Of a DNA stretch of 64,000 nucleotides, positions 39,403-48,670 are shown piece after piece. Below the pieces are notes generated by a model, which worked only from the letters and a program-made list of their open reading frames with translations, was not told the origin of the DNA and searched no databases. Position numbers and translations under genes: made by a program. Positions within the stretch are counted from its first letter, which is position 1. Each line of letters opens with the position of its first letter. Source of the stretch: Gemmatimonas sp. (GTDB taxonomy: Bacteria; Gemmatimonadota; Gemmatimonadetes; Gemmatimonadales; Gemmatimonadaceae); the NCBI GenBank assembly GCA_965279375.1, contig OZ257156.1, forward strand, positions 704,001 to 768,000, written 5' to 3'.

Positions 39403-40548
39403 CTACGCTGGCACTCGTGTGGCGCCAAATGCGAGCAGAAGTGCCGCCACAATCAACGTCGACATGGCCATGGTCAACGACGTTGCGTGCGCAATGGCGC
39501 CAATGATCGGCGGACCCACCATGAATCCCACATAGCCGATGGAGGACACCGAGGCAATCGCCGCCGCGCGACTCACTCCCGGCGCGCGCGTCGCTGCGTT
39601 GTAGAGGATCGGGACGATCGTGGCGAGCCCCGCACCAACCACCGCAAACCCGGCAATCGCCGCCCACGGCTTCGACACCAGCAGCACCGCCGCCATCCCC
39701 GTCGCAGCCAAGAGAGGGCCGCTCCGCAACATCACGCGCTCGGACACCCGCGCGCGAATGGCGTCTCCGGCGGAACGGGTCACCGCGGTCGCGCCCGCGA
39801 AGGCGACGTACGCCAGCGCTGCGACTTCCTGCGGCGCCAACAACTCCTGTGTGACGTACAGAACACTCCAGTTGTACATCACGCCTTCGGCCAGCATGCC
39901 GCAGCACGTCAGTAGCCCGACCACGAGCAGGCTGCCCCTCGGCCAGGCGAACACCGCGTGCGCACCGTCCGCCACGGGATGCGCCTCGAGCATGCCGCGC
40001 GATGCCACCGCAATGCACAGCGCGACCACCACACCAGCCGTGAGCAGCTGCACCCAGCCCGCCACGCCAGCGCGCAACATCAGTGCAGCCGACGCCGCAC
40101 CGAACATGCTCCCGACGCTGAACATGCCGTGAAAGCCGCTCATCACCGCGCGCCCACCCAGCACCTCCAGCATGGTGCCTTCGGCATTGATGGCGACATC
40201 GAACACCGATTCACCCGCGCCCAGAAGCAGCATGCCCGCGAGCAACGCGGGGAAGGTCGGCATGACGAGCGCCGTCGCGAGCGCGGCACAGAAGGCCACT
40301 CCCGCCAGCACCGACGCCCTTCGAGCGCCCAAACGCGCCACGATCCGTCCGGCGGCAAAGAGCATCGAGAGCGAACCGACGCTCGTGGCAAGCAGCACCA
40401 CCGCCAGGACGCGCTCGTCGAGGAGATAGTGCTCCTTCACTGTCGGCACGTGCACGCCCCACGTCCCGCCAACGAAGCCAAGCAGCAGGAACTGCGCGCG
40501 CGTCGACCAGCGCGCGCGCGACAGCTCCCCGTCGCTACGGACGCTCAA
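39403..40548 (-). CDS. MFS transporter
   Basis: About 12 TM; DVAINAEG, MSGFHGMFSVG, GYVGFMVGPPIIG. TTG start overlapping the upstream TGA is inferred. Confidence 0.85.
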   Translation of the reverse strand: MSVRSDGELSRARWSTRAQFLLLGFVGGTWGVHVPTVKEHYLLDERVLAVVLLATSVGSLSMLFAAGRIVARLGARRASVLAGVAFCAALATALVMPTFPALLAGMLLLGAGESVFDVAINAEGTMLEVLGGRAVMSGFHGMFSVGSMFGAASAALMLRAGVAGWVQLLTAGVVVALCIAVASRGMLEAHPVADGAHAVFAWPRGSLLVVGLLTCCGMLAEGVMYNWSVLYVTQELLAPQEVAALAYVAFAGATAVTRSAGDAIRARVSERVMLRSGPLLAATGMAAVLLVSKPWAAIAGFAVVGAGLATIVPILYNAATRAPGVSRAAAIASVSSIGYVGFMVGPPIIGAIAHATSLTMAMSTLIVAALLLAFGATRVPA

Positions 40549-41771
40549 GCGGCATGTGCTGGCGACAGCGCCGCCTTGAGTGCCGCCGCGAATCGCGGCG
40601 CGTCCGCCGTCTTGAGACCGCAAATCCCCACGCGCAGTCCCTCAGGGATCGGCACGACGAACACGCCGGCGGCCTGCAAGCGCTCGCACACTGTCATCGA
40701 GTCTGCCGCGTCGATCGTCACGAAGAAGCCACCATCCCAAGGCGCGCCCGCCAGCCCCTCGGCGATCAACGCTGCGTCGAGCGCATCGGCGCGCTCGGTC
40801 AGCTGGCGAGTCCAGAACGCATGTTCGGTTGCCAGCGCGAGCCGGGCCTGTTCATCCTCCTGCATGCGCAGCAGGACGCTCATCGGCGCGCGCGCGCAGT
40901 TGGAGAAGGTCCCGCGACAGCTGGTCGCCAGTGCACCGGCGAGCGCCTTGTCATTCGACCACGGAAACACCAGCGCGCCGGCGCGCGCGCCGTAGATCGT
41001 GAATGCCTTGCTCAGGCTCAAACACGCGCCCACCAGCACCGTTTGTTCCGCACCGAAGGCTGCATAGTCCTGCAGTGCTTGCTCCACCGCGTTGGGATCG
41101 CGCGCGTAATCCAGATACGCCAAGTCCAACAGCAGTGTGACCGGTCCACGCGCCGCGACCTCTCGGAGCATAGCCAGCAGTCCCGCTCGATCAGCGGCGC
41201 TCAAGCTGCGCCCAGTCGGGTTGTGGCAGGGGTCGTTGAGCCAGACCAGCAACCGTCCCTGCGAGCCCAGCAGGCTTTCCGCCTTGGCGCGCCACGCTTC
41301 GATGTCCAGCGCCTCACCAGCAGACGGAAAAGGCGCCGTCTCCAGAAGCACGCCGTTCTCTACGGCCAGCGTGCTGTAGGGTCCCCAGAAGGGCGCCGCA
41401 GTCAGCAGTCGATCGCCGGGCTGCAACAGGTTCCGCAGCGACAACGCCAAGGCGCCGGTCCCGCCGGGCGTGGCGACGCCGACACCATACGTGCTCAACC
41501 CGGGCCACTGACGTCGAGTCAGAGCCAGCAAATACGCCGGATCGCCCATGATCGGTGCGTACGGCGCGAACTCTTTCGGCGTGAGTTTTCCGTATAGCGC
41601 TATCACACTTTCGAGCACAACAAGCGCGCCGTTGTCATCGAGCAACGCGCCGACGGTCGCATTGATGACCGAGTCGCCCGCTGCTGCTCGCCGTTGCGCC
41701 GCCGAGTTGAGCGTGAAGATGATATCGGAACCATCGAACGACGCGCGCGAGGGGAGCAGCTGAGGAATCAT
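40545..41771 (-). CDS. PLP-dependent aminotransferase class I/II
   Basis: TPGGTGAL, CHNPTG, DLAY, SLSKAFTIYGARAG (PLP lysine). Confidence 0.9.
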   Translation of the reverse strand: MIPQLLPSRASFDGSDIIFTLNSAAQRRAAAGDSVINATVGALLDDNGALVVLESVIALYGKLTPKEFAPYAPIMGDPAYLLALTRRQWPGLSTYGVGVATPGGTGALALSLRNLLQPGDRLLTAAPFWGPYSTLAVENGVLLETAPFPSAGEALDIEAWRAKAESLLGSQGRLLVWLNDPCHNPTGRSLSAADRAGLLAMLREVAARGPVTLLLDLAYLDYARDPNAVEQALQDYAAFGAEQTVLVGACLSLSKAFTIYGARAGALVFPWSNDKALAGALATSCRGTFSNCARAPMSVLLRMQEDEQARLALATEHAFWTRQLTERADALDAALIAEGLAGAPWDGGFFVTIDAADSMTVCERLQAAGVFVVPIPEGLRVGICGLKTADAPRFAAALKAALSPAHAA

Positions 41772-41996
41772 GAGTGTCGAAAGGAAGAGGCTGGTTGAGT
41801 TTTGTTTGCATTTTGCAACGAAACGCGCTCAAACATGCGGAGCCGTCATGTAGCGCTCGCGCAACTGGTGCGCTGAATCACAATGACATGTAAATTTGCC
41901 CTCCGTATCGCCTTCCACGAGGGATTGGCGCGCAAGCTCGAGTGGACCGAGCCTGCAATACACCCAGAGTTCTTCGCGTCGGAAAGAGGAGTTGTA

Positions 41997-42818
41997 ATGT
42001 CGCTCTACAACGGTGAGCGCGATGCCGCGCTCGCAAAGCCCGCCAACCCGATCGATCGCTGGAACGATGACGATGCGGCGCAAGCGCACACAACCGCGCT
42101 GAACTTCGCGCCGCCTCGCGTGCTGCCGTCGCCCGGCTTTCCGTCGCTAGGTCTTCCCAACGCCGGTTCGCCGCTTCCTCCGGCGCCGCCCGTATCGACT
42201 CGTCCGACGCCGACTCTGCCGACGCCGACTCTGATCCCTGCGCGCAACGCGGACCTCGCCGCGGCTGGCCTTTCGTCGACCAACAGCAAGATGACGCTCA
42301 CACCTACATCCACGCCGGCTTTCGACGCATCGGCGTCGAGCCCGTCACTGCGTCCGGTGATTTTCATTCTCGCTGGATATCTGGCGCTCTCCGGACTCTA
42401 CGATGCTGTCGGCGTCGTCTCGCCGGGACGCATCAGCAGCACCGCGTGGCGATTCGGTGTGGTCGGCGCTGTCGCACCGACGCTCGTCAAGCCTGTGCTC
42501 GGCCTGTGCCTCGCGTCGTTCGCGCTGCTGTCGATGAACCGGAAGCTGCTGTCGATCGCGATGATCGTGCTGCAGGTGGCGAGCGCGGCCCTGATCGCCG
42601 TGATCATTCCCATGTTCTTGCTCGACGCGCTGCAGGTTCGCCCGGTCCTGCCCGAGAACATGACCGGTCGCCCGTTCGTGATGAACGTTTCCATCGCGGT
42701 CGCATTCCTCGTGGCTGCCATTGTTGTTCAGCTCGCGTGCGCTCGGACGCTCTTCACGGCCATGCGGGCCGCGCAGGCGGAACCGACGTCGGCGTTGCGC
42801 CGCGGCTGGTCAGAATGA
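41997..42818 (+). CDS. Hypothetical membrane protein with Pro-rich N-terminus
   Basis: GAGGA RBS; P/T/S-rich linker followed by about 4 TM segments. Confidence 0.65.
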   Translation: MSLYNGERDAALAKPANPIDRWNDDDAAQAHTTALNFAPPRVLPSPGFPSLGLPNAGSPLPPAPPVSTRPTPTLPTPTLIPARNADLAAAGLSSTNSKMTLTPTSTPAFDASASSPSLRPVIFILAGYLALSGLYDAVGVVSPGRISSTAWRFGVVGAVAPTLVKPVLGLCLASFALLSMNRKLLSIAMIVLQVASAALIAVIIPMFLLDALQVRPVLPENMTGRPFVMNVSIAVAFLVAAIVVQLACARTLFTAMRAAQAEPTSALRRGWSE

Positions 42819-43369
42819 TCTCGTCGGACGCGGCCGGCTGGCTCGGACGCATACGCTGGCGCGATGGAAAGCCGTCGCTGATGGGACGACCGCTCACGGT
42901 CGAGTCGCGTGTGCAGGTCTTCGTGAAGGTTCCGGGCGGCTCGATCAACGACGCGCAGGGTGAAGGGCTGTGGCTCGACGCAGAGGTCGTGGACGTACGT
43001 GACCCGAGCATCGAACTCCGAACGTCATTTGCGCGCTTTCGCGCCGAGGATTCGTTGGCCTGTCGGTGGCCGCCCGACGCGCCGCCGCTGACGCGTCGAG
43101 AGCTCGAAATCACGTTTGCCGATAGTGTGGCAGACGTGTCGACGGCAATGCTGACGCTCGTCGAACAGTTCAAGATCGATCCGCGACTTCGCAAATCGCC
43201 GCTGGAGCCGCTGCTTGGCTACGCGGGCTCGATACGGGAATGCTCCCGCAGAATCGTGGATGTCGCAGCGCTGATGGAAGGGGTCGCACAAGAGCTGTCG
43301 GATCCAGGCGACCGGTCAAAGCTGGTCGTGGGGCAGGCGCGGCCTGACCTCGCAGCGCGGCGTCGGTAG
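42815..43369 (+). CDS. Hypothetical protein
   Basis: ATGA overlap with the upstream gene; plausible globular composition; no family recognised. Confidence 0.6.
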   Translation: MISSDAAGWLGRIRWRDGKPSLMGRPLTVESRVQVFVKVPGGSINDAQGEGLWLDAEVVDVRDPSIELRTSFARFRAEDSLACRWPPDAPPLTRRELEITFADSVADVSTAMLTLVEQFKIDPRLRKSPLEPLLGYAGSIRECSRRIVDVAALMEGVAQELSDPGDRSKLVVGQARPDLAARRR

Positions 43370-43417
43370 AGCGCGCCGGCTCTTCCGTCGCCGGCGCCCC
43401 TGCCCTATCGTGGACAG

Positions 43418-43888
43418 GTGACCCGAACCGCACGCCGCCCTGCGACATGGTATCGCCTGCTGATCTCCCTGTGGGGGGTCTGGTTCGCGACCGTGCTGAC
43501 GGAACCGGCGGGGCTGATGGCCTGCCCACAGCACTCCGGGCACGGTGCACAGCACGCCGCGGCACCCTCGCACGTCGCGACGCATGCGGCGCACCAGCAG
43601 AACGCACCCGCCGCCGGCCATGCCAGCGCGCACGGTTCCGCCGGCCACGATGCACACGCCACACGCGTCGCCGACGAACAGCCGCAGAACACCGGTGGCA
43701 ATCAGTGCTGCACGTGCCTTGGTCAGTGCTGCGCGGCGGCCCCAGCGGCGGCCGTCGACGCCACACCGACATTCGCCGTTGGCCTCGTGCGCACCGTCGT
43801 GCCGTTCGCCTCGGTGCACACGGCGACGCACACTCCGCGGCGCGCGTATGCGCTGCCCTTCGCTAACGGTCCGCCCGCGCGCGTCTGA
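43418..43888 (+). CDS. DUF2946/CruR-like His/Cys-rich leader protein
   Basis: N-terminal hydrophobic segment, CPQH, His-rich linker, CCTCLGQCC, C-terminal LPFANGPP; lies upstream of a TonB receptor. Confidence 0.72.
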   Translation: MTRTARRPATWYRLLISLWGVWFATVLTEPAGLMACPQHSGHGAQHAAAPSHVATHAAHQQNAPAAGHASAHGSAGHDAHATRVADEQPQNTGGNQCCTCLGQCCAAAPAAAVDATPTFAVGLVRTVVPFASVHTATHTPRRAYALPFANGPPARV

Positions 43889-44229
43889 CCGTTCCGCGCG
43901 ATCCGTCACGCAGCAGTTGTCAGGCACGTTGTTCCCGTAAGCGGTCACGCTGACGGCAACGACGCCGACACTGCGTTCAGGAAACGTCGCGACGCTCGCA
44001 CCTGCATCTCCTCGCTGCGCTGACAGCGACCGCCATCTCGTGGCGCGTCGTGCGCGCGTCGACATCGCAGACATCAACCGACCACTGCACCACTCCGCAG
44101 AGACATCCTCTGACGCCTCCACGCGCCGGCCATCGCCGCGCGTGATGGGCGTTGGCGTGATGACGTGCTGGCGACCCACTCGCTCATGGGTCGCGCACGA
44201 CTCGCGGCAACTCCTACCAGTTCGCCGAC

Positions 44230-46617
44230 ATGACCTCGCTTTCGCACTTTCGCGTACCGCAGCTGCGCTCACCGCAGCTGCGCTCACCGCAGCTGCGCTC
44301 ACCGCAGCTGCGCTCGCCGCAGCTACGGGTGCCGCTCCTCCTCCTCGGCTTGCCGCTGTTCGCGGCCACGGCCCTTGCACAGACACCGCCCGTCAAGGAC
44401 AGCACCGCAAGAGACTCCGCCGCCACTATCGGCGGTCTCAAGATCACCGCCGAACGCGACACTCGACCAGCGCTCACCAAGCTCACGCTGCCCGTGTCGG
44501 CGAGCATCACCGCCAAGCGCGTCGAGGAGACGATCAACCTCGTCGACAGCGAGGACGCAGTGAAGTACCTGCCGAGTGTGTTTCTGCGGAAGCGCAACAA
44601 CGGCGACACGCAGGCGGTAATGGGTACACGTGTGTGGGGTGTCAGTTCGAGCGCGCGCAGCCTGATCTTTGCGGATGGCGTGCCACTGTCGGCGTTGATC
44701 GCCAACAACAACAACATCGGCGGACCGCGCTGGGGACTCGTTGCGCCGGAAGAGATCGAACGCATCGACATGATGTACGGTCCGTTCTCGGCCGCGTACC
44801 CGGGCAATTCGATGGGCGCGGTCATGGAGATCACCACGCGCATGCCGGAGAAGTTCGAAGGGAGCATCGTGCAGACGCAGGCCGTGCAGGCGTTCAACCT
44901 GTACGACACCAAGCGCAGCTACGGCACGGCGCAGACCTCAGCGCGTCTCGCGAATCGCTTTGGCAAGTTCTCGTTCTCGGCGACCGGCAACTACCAGAAC
45001 AGCCACAGCCAGCCGTTGACATACGTGACGAGCGGTTCGTTCCCGGCGGGGACTACCGGCGGTATTCCGGCCACCAACAAGCTCAATGGCGCGGCCAATG
45101 TGCTCGGCGCGACCGGTCTGCTGCACACGCAGATGACCAACGCCAAGCTCAAGATCGCGTACGACATCACGCCGTCGCTGCGTGCGGCGTACACGTATGG
45201 CTACTGGCAGAACGACGCGGACGCTGGCGTGGAGTCGTACATCGCACGCAGCGGCCAGCCGACGTACGCGGGACAGGCGGGCTTTGCGAGCGGAAACTAC
45301 GGCCTGCTGCAGGAGCACTCGGCGCAGAGCCTGTCGTTGCGCAGCGACAATAGTCGCGCAACCAAGCGTGACTGGGATTTTGAAGCAGTGGCGACGTCGT
45401 ACAGCATGGACACCGATCGTCAGCGTTCGCCAACCACGGCGCTGGCGACGGGCACGAGCTTTGGCCAGGCCGGTCGCGTGGCTGTGCTTTCGGGTACGGG
45501 CTGGCAGACGCTCGATCTCAAGGGCGCGTGGCATGCCGGCGGCATCGACGCCACGCACACGGTGAGTGCCGGGATCCACTACGATCGCTATGCGCTGGTG
45601 AATCCGACGTACACGACGCCCGACTGGACGACGGGCGCGACGTACTCCGGAGTGGCGACGGAAGGGAATGGGAAGACTCGCACGTCGGCGCTCTGGGTGC
45701 AGGACGCGTGGCGCATCTCGCCGGCGTTTCGCCTGACGGTGGGTGGTCGGTATGAGCAGTGGCGCGCCTTCGACGGCTACAACGTGAACGGCAACACCAA
45801 GGTGACGCAGAAGACTGTCGACGCGGATCGCTTCTCGCCCAAGGCGACGCTGGCGTGGACGGCGTCGCCGGAGTGGACGATCACGGGCTCGGTGGGCAAG
45901 GCGTATCGCTTTGCGACGGCCGCCGAGTTGTATCAGCTGGTCTCGACGGGGGTGACGTTCACGTCGCCGGATCCGAATCTCAAGCCGGACAATGTGCTGG
46001 CGAGTGAATTGCGCATAGAGCGGGCGTTCCCGCGTGGGCGTGCGCAGCTGGCGTTGTTCAACGACGACGTGCACGACGCGATCATCTCGCAGTTCAAGCC
46101 GCTGCTGCCGGGATCGAACACCTTCTTCTCGTACATCTCCAACGTGGACCATGTGCGTGCACGAGGTGCGGAGCTGGTATTGTCGGAGACTGGCGCGCTG
46201 GTGAGCAACCTCGAGCTCTCGGGGAGCGTGACGTATCTGAATGCGCGTACGCTCGCGCTGTCGGGCCGTGCGAGTGCGACCGCGCCGACTGGTGCGGCCG
46301 TGGGCAAGCGGTTGCCGAACATTCCGGATTGGCGTGCGAACTTCGTGGCGACGTATCGGCCGGTGTCGCGTGTGGCCGTGTCGCTGGCGGGGCGTTACAG
46401 CGGTGCGTTGTGGACGACGCTCGACAATGCCGATGTGAACCCGAACGTGTATCAGGGGTTCAGCGGTTGGTTCGTGGCCGATGCGCGCGTGAGTGTGCGC
46501 ATGGGGCAGCATCTGTCGGCGGCGGTGGGCGCGGACAACGTGCTCAACCGCAAGTACTTCCTGTTCCATCCGTTTCCGCATCGAACCTTCTCGACGTCGA
46601 TCAAGGCGGGGTTCTGA
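44230..46617 (+). CDS. TonB-dependent receptor (metal/copper-associated type)
   Basis: EDAVKYLPS, EEIERIDMMYGPFSAAYPGNSMGAV plug signature, FSPK, PNLKP, DNVLNRKYFLFHP, terminal Phe. Confidence 0.92.
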   Translation: MTSLSHFRVPQLRSPQLRSPQLRSPQLRSPQLRVPLLLLGLPLFAATALAQTPPVKDSTARDSAATIGGLKITAERDTRPALTKLTLPVSASITAKRVEETINLVDSEDAVKYLPSVFLRKRNNGDTQAVMGTRVWGVSSSARSLIFADGVPLSALIANNNNIGGPRWGLVAPEEIERIDMMYGPFSAAYPGNSMGAVMEITTRMPEKFEGSIVQTQAVQAFNLYDTKRSYGTAQTSARLANRFGKFSFSATGNYQNSHSQPLTYVTSGSFPAGTTGGIPATNKLNGAANVLGATGLLHTQMTNAKLKIAYDITPSLRAAYTYGYWQNDADAGVESYIARSGQPTYAGQAGFASGNYGLLQEHSAQSLSLRSDNSRATKRDWDFEAVATSYSMDTDRQRSPTTALATGTSFGQAGRVAVLSGTGWQTLDLKGAWHAGGIDATHTVSAGIHYDRYALVNPTYTTPDWTTGATYSGVATEGNGKTRTSALWVQDAWRISPAFRLTVGGRYEQWRAFDGYNVNGNTKVTQKTVDADRFSPKATLAWTASPEWTITGSVGKAYRFATAAELYQLVSTGVTFTSPDPNLKPDNVLASELRIERAFPRGRAQLALFNDDVHDAIISQFKPLLPGSNTFFSYISNVDHVRARGAELVLSETGALVSNLELSGSVTYLNARTLALSGRASATAPTGAAVGKRLPNIPDWRANFVATYRPVSRVAVSLAGRYSGALWTTLDNADVNPNVYQGFSGWFVADARVSVRMGQHLSAAVGADNVLNRKYFLFHPFPHRTFSTSIKAGF
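44256..44330 (+). repeat. 15-bp tandem repeat (ACCGCAGCTGCGCTC) x4 plus 1 degenerate copy
   Basis: Read directly; encodes (PQLRS)n in the signal peptide n-region of the receptor. Confidence 0.95.
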
Positions 46618-46639
46618 TTTCGTGAGGTTCCTATCCGTG

Positions 46640-47236
46640 ATGCGCGCTGCCGCCGTGTGTGATGCCGTGTGTGATGCCGAGTGTTGCGCCGAAGGGCGCG
46701 GCGATCGGCTTGCGTCGACGCTGGTGCGGCCGCTGTTGTCCACGATCGTGGGCGCGCTGAGTGTGTGTGCACTCGGCGCGTGCGCGAAGGGGACGGAGCT
46801 CAAGGCGCCGGCGATCGGTGCCGCGGCGCCCGCGTACGCGGCGCATGCGCTGAGCGACACCGCCGTCACGTTGGCCGCATTGCGGGGAAAGGTCGTGGTG
46901 CTGAACGTCTGGGCCACGTGGTGCCAGCCGTGTCGGGAGGAGTTGCCGTTGCTGGAGGCCTTGCATCGGCAGCACCCCGACGTGGAGATGGTGGGTGTCA
47001 GCGTGGATGCCGCGGGGATGGGCATGGACGTGCAGGACTTCGCCAAGGAGCACGATCTCACCTACACGATCTGGCTCGATCCTGATCGGGAGTTCTCGCT
47101 CAAGTTCCTCTCGGTGGGTGTGCCGGAGACGTTCGTCATCGATCGCCTGGGTGTGATTCGGTGGCGTCATATCGGTGCGCTGGCGCGGAACGACACGACG
47201 CTGGCCGGCGCGGTGCAGCGCGCGCTTGGCGAGTGA
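46640..47236 (+). CDS. TlpA/ResA-like thiol-disulfide oxidoreductase (lipoprotein)
   Basis: GKVVVLNVWATWCQPCREELP, GVPETFVIDR.G; LGAC lipobox. Start uncertain. Confidence 0.88.
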   Translation: MRAAAVCDAVCDAECCAEGRGDRLASTLVRPLLSTIVGALSVCALGACAKGTELKAPAIGAAAPAYAAHALSDTAVTLAALRGKVVVLNVWATWCQPCREELPLLEALHRQHPDVEMVGVSVDAAGMGMDVQDFAKEHDLTYTIWLDPDREFSLKFLSVGVPETFVIDRLGVIRWRHIGALARNDTTLAGAVQRALGE

Positions 47237-47365
47237 GTCGTTGCGTTCCGCTGCCGTCCAACACTGCTGTCTAGCGCCTTTTTCCGGCGTTGCTGCTGCA
47301 AACCGCTGCATAGCGCCGCCGTCATTCCTTCGATCTCCCTCTGAGGTCTCCGCATGCTTCGAACC

Positions 47366-48649
47366 ATGAAGTTCCTCCCCACCGTCGCGGCCAGCGCCGC
47401 CTTACTCACAGGCGCAGCGCTCTCGACGGCAGCCACCGCACACGCGCAGAGCCGCCCCATCGTCCTCGCCGTCGAAGGCCGTGCCAGCGCCAACCCCACC
47501 GTCGCCAGCAACGGCGCCTTCGTGGCCGTGGCGTTTTCGGCGGCGTCCGCCAGCAGCATGGACATCTACGTCGCCGTCAGCGCTGACGGCGGTACGACCT
47601 TTGGCGCGCCTACTCAGGTGAACGCCGTCGCAGGTGAGGCGCGCGTGAGCGGCGAGGAACCGCCACGCATCGCACTCGTGCCCCGTCGTAACGCACCGCC
47701 GGAAATCGTCGTCGTCTGGACGGCAAAGGCGGGACCGACCTGGAAGCTGTTGCGCGCGCGTTCGCTCGACGGCGGCAAGAGCTTCGGCAAGACGGAAGCG
47801 GTGCCGGGTAGCGAAGGCGACGGCTCACGCGGCTGGGAATCGATGGCGGTGGACGGCAGCGGCAAGGTGAGTGTGCTGTGGCTCGACCACCGCGATCTCG
47901 TCGCCGCCGACGCCAAGATGAAGCACGACATGGGGCCCAATGCAGCGCCGATGCCCAAGGCCGATCCCACGGAGCGCGCAGGGCTCTCGCAACTGTTCTT
48001 CGCCTCGCTCGATGGCAACAAGGCGACGCCGATCACGCGCAGCGTCTGCTACGGCTGCAAGACGTCGCTCGTCGCCTCGGGCAAGAACCTCTATGCCGTG
48101 TGGCGCCACGTGTATCCGGGCGGCTTCCGCGACATGGCCTTCACCGCCTCACGTGACGGCGGCAAGACCTTCAGCACGCCAGTGCGCGTAAGCGAAGACC
48201 ACTGGCAGATCGATGGCTGCCCGGACAACGGTCCTGCCATTGGCGTGGATGCGCGTCAGCGCGCGCATGTCGTCTGGCCCACCTCGCAGGACGGCAAGAA
48301 CAACGGAGCGTTAGGCATCTTCTACGCAATCTCCAACGACGGCAAGGCGTTCGCTCCGCGCGTGCAGGTGCCGTCGCGTGGCCCCGCGTCGCACCCACAG
48401 ATCGTCGTCAACGCTGACGGCTCATCCGTCATCGTGTGGGATGAGATTGTCGACGGCACGCGCCGTTTAGGCATCACCAAGGCACGCACTGACGCCGCGG
48501 GCAAGGTCACTTTTGTACCCACTGCAGCGCCGGACGCCGGTCCGGGGCAGTGGTATCCGGCAATTGCGTCTACGGCGAATGGCGCGGTCGTGACGTGGGT
48601 GCGGCAGCAGGAAAAGGGGAGCGTGGTCGCGGTGAGCGTGGTGCGTTAG
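47366..48649 (+). CDS. Secreted BNR-repeat (sialidase-like) protein
   Basis: Signal peptide; SxDGGxTF Asp boxes; VCYGCKT and WQIDGCP motifs; Met/His segment MKHDM. Confidence 0.82.
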   Translation: MKFLPTVAASAALLTGAALSTAATAHAQSRPIVLAVEGRASANPTVASNGAFVAVAFSAASASSMDIYVAVSADGGTTFGAPTQVNAVAGEARVSGEEPPRIALVPRRNAPPEIVVVWTAKAGPTWKLLRARSLDGGKSFGKTEAVPGSEGDGSRGWESMAVDGSGKVSVLWLDHRDLVAADAKMKHDMGPNAAPMPKADPTERAGLSQLFFASLDGNKATPITRSVCYGCKTSLVASGKNLYAVWRHVYPGGFRDMAFTASRDGGKTFSTPVRVSEDHWQIDGCPDNGPAIGVDARQRAHVVWPTSQDGKNNGALGIFYAISNDGKAFAPRVQVPSRGPASHPQIVVNADGSSVIVWDEIVDGTRRLGITKARTDAAGKVTFVPTAAPDAGPGQWYPAIASTANGAVVTWVRQQEKGSVVAVSVVR

Positions 48650-48670
48650 CGCTGCGGCGCTGACGCTCGA

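Noticed and set aside
44040..44229. ORF 44040-45353 as a separate gene in the leader gap
   Set aside because: Overlaps the TonB receptor out of frame; Arg/Ala-rich, non-protein-like composition.
44256..44330. Tandem repeat considered as a CRISPR array
   Set aside because: 15-bp units with no spacers, inside a CDS, and no cas genes.
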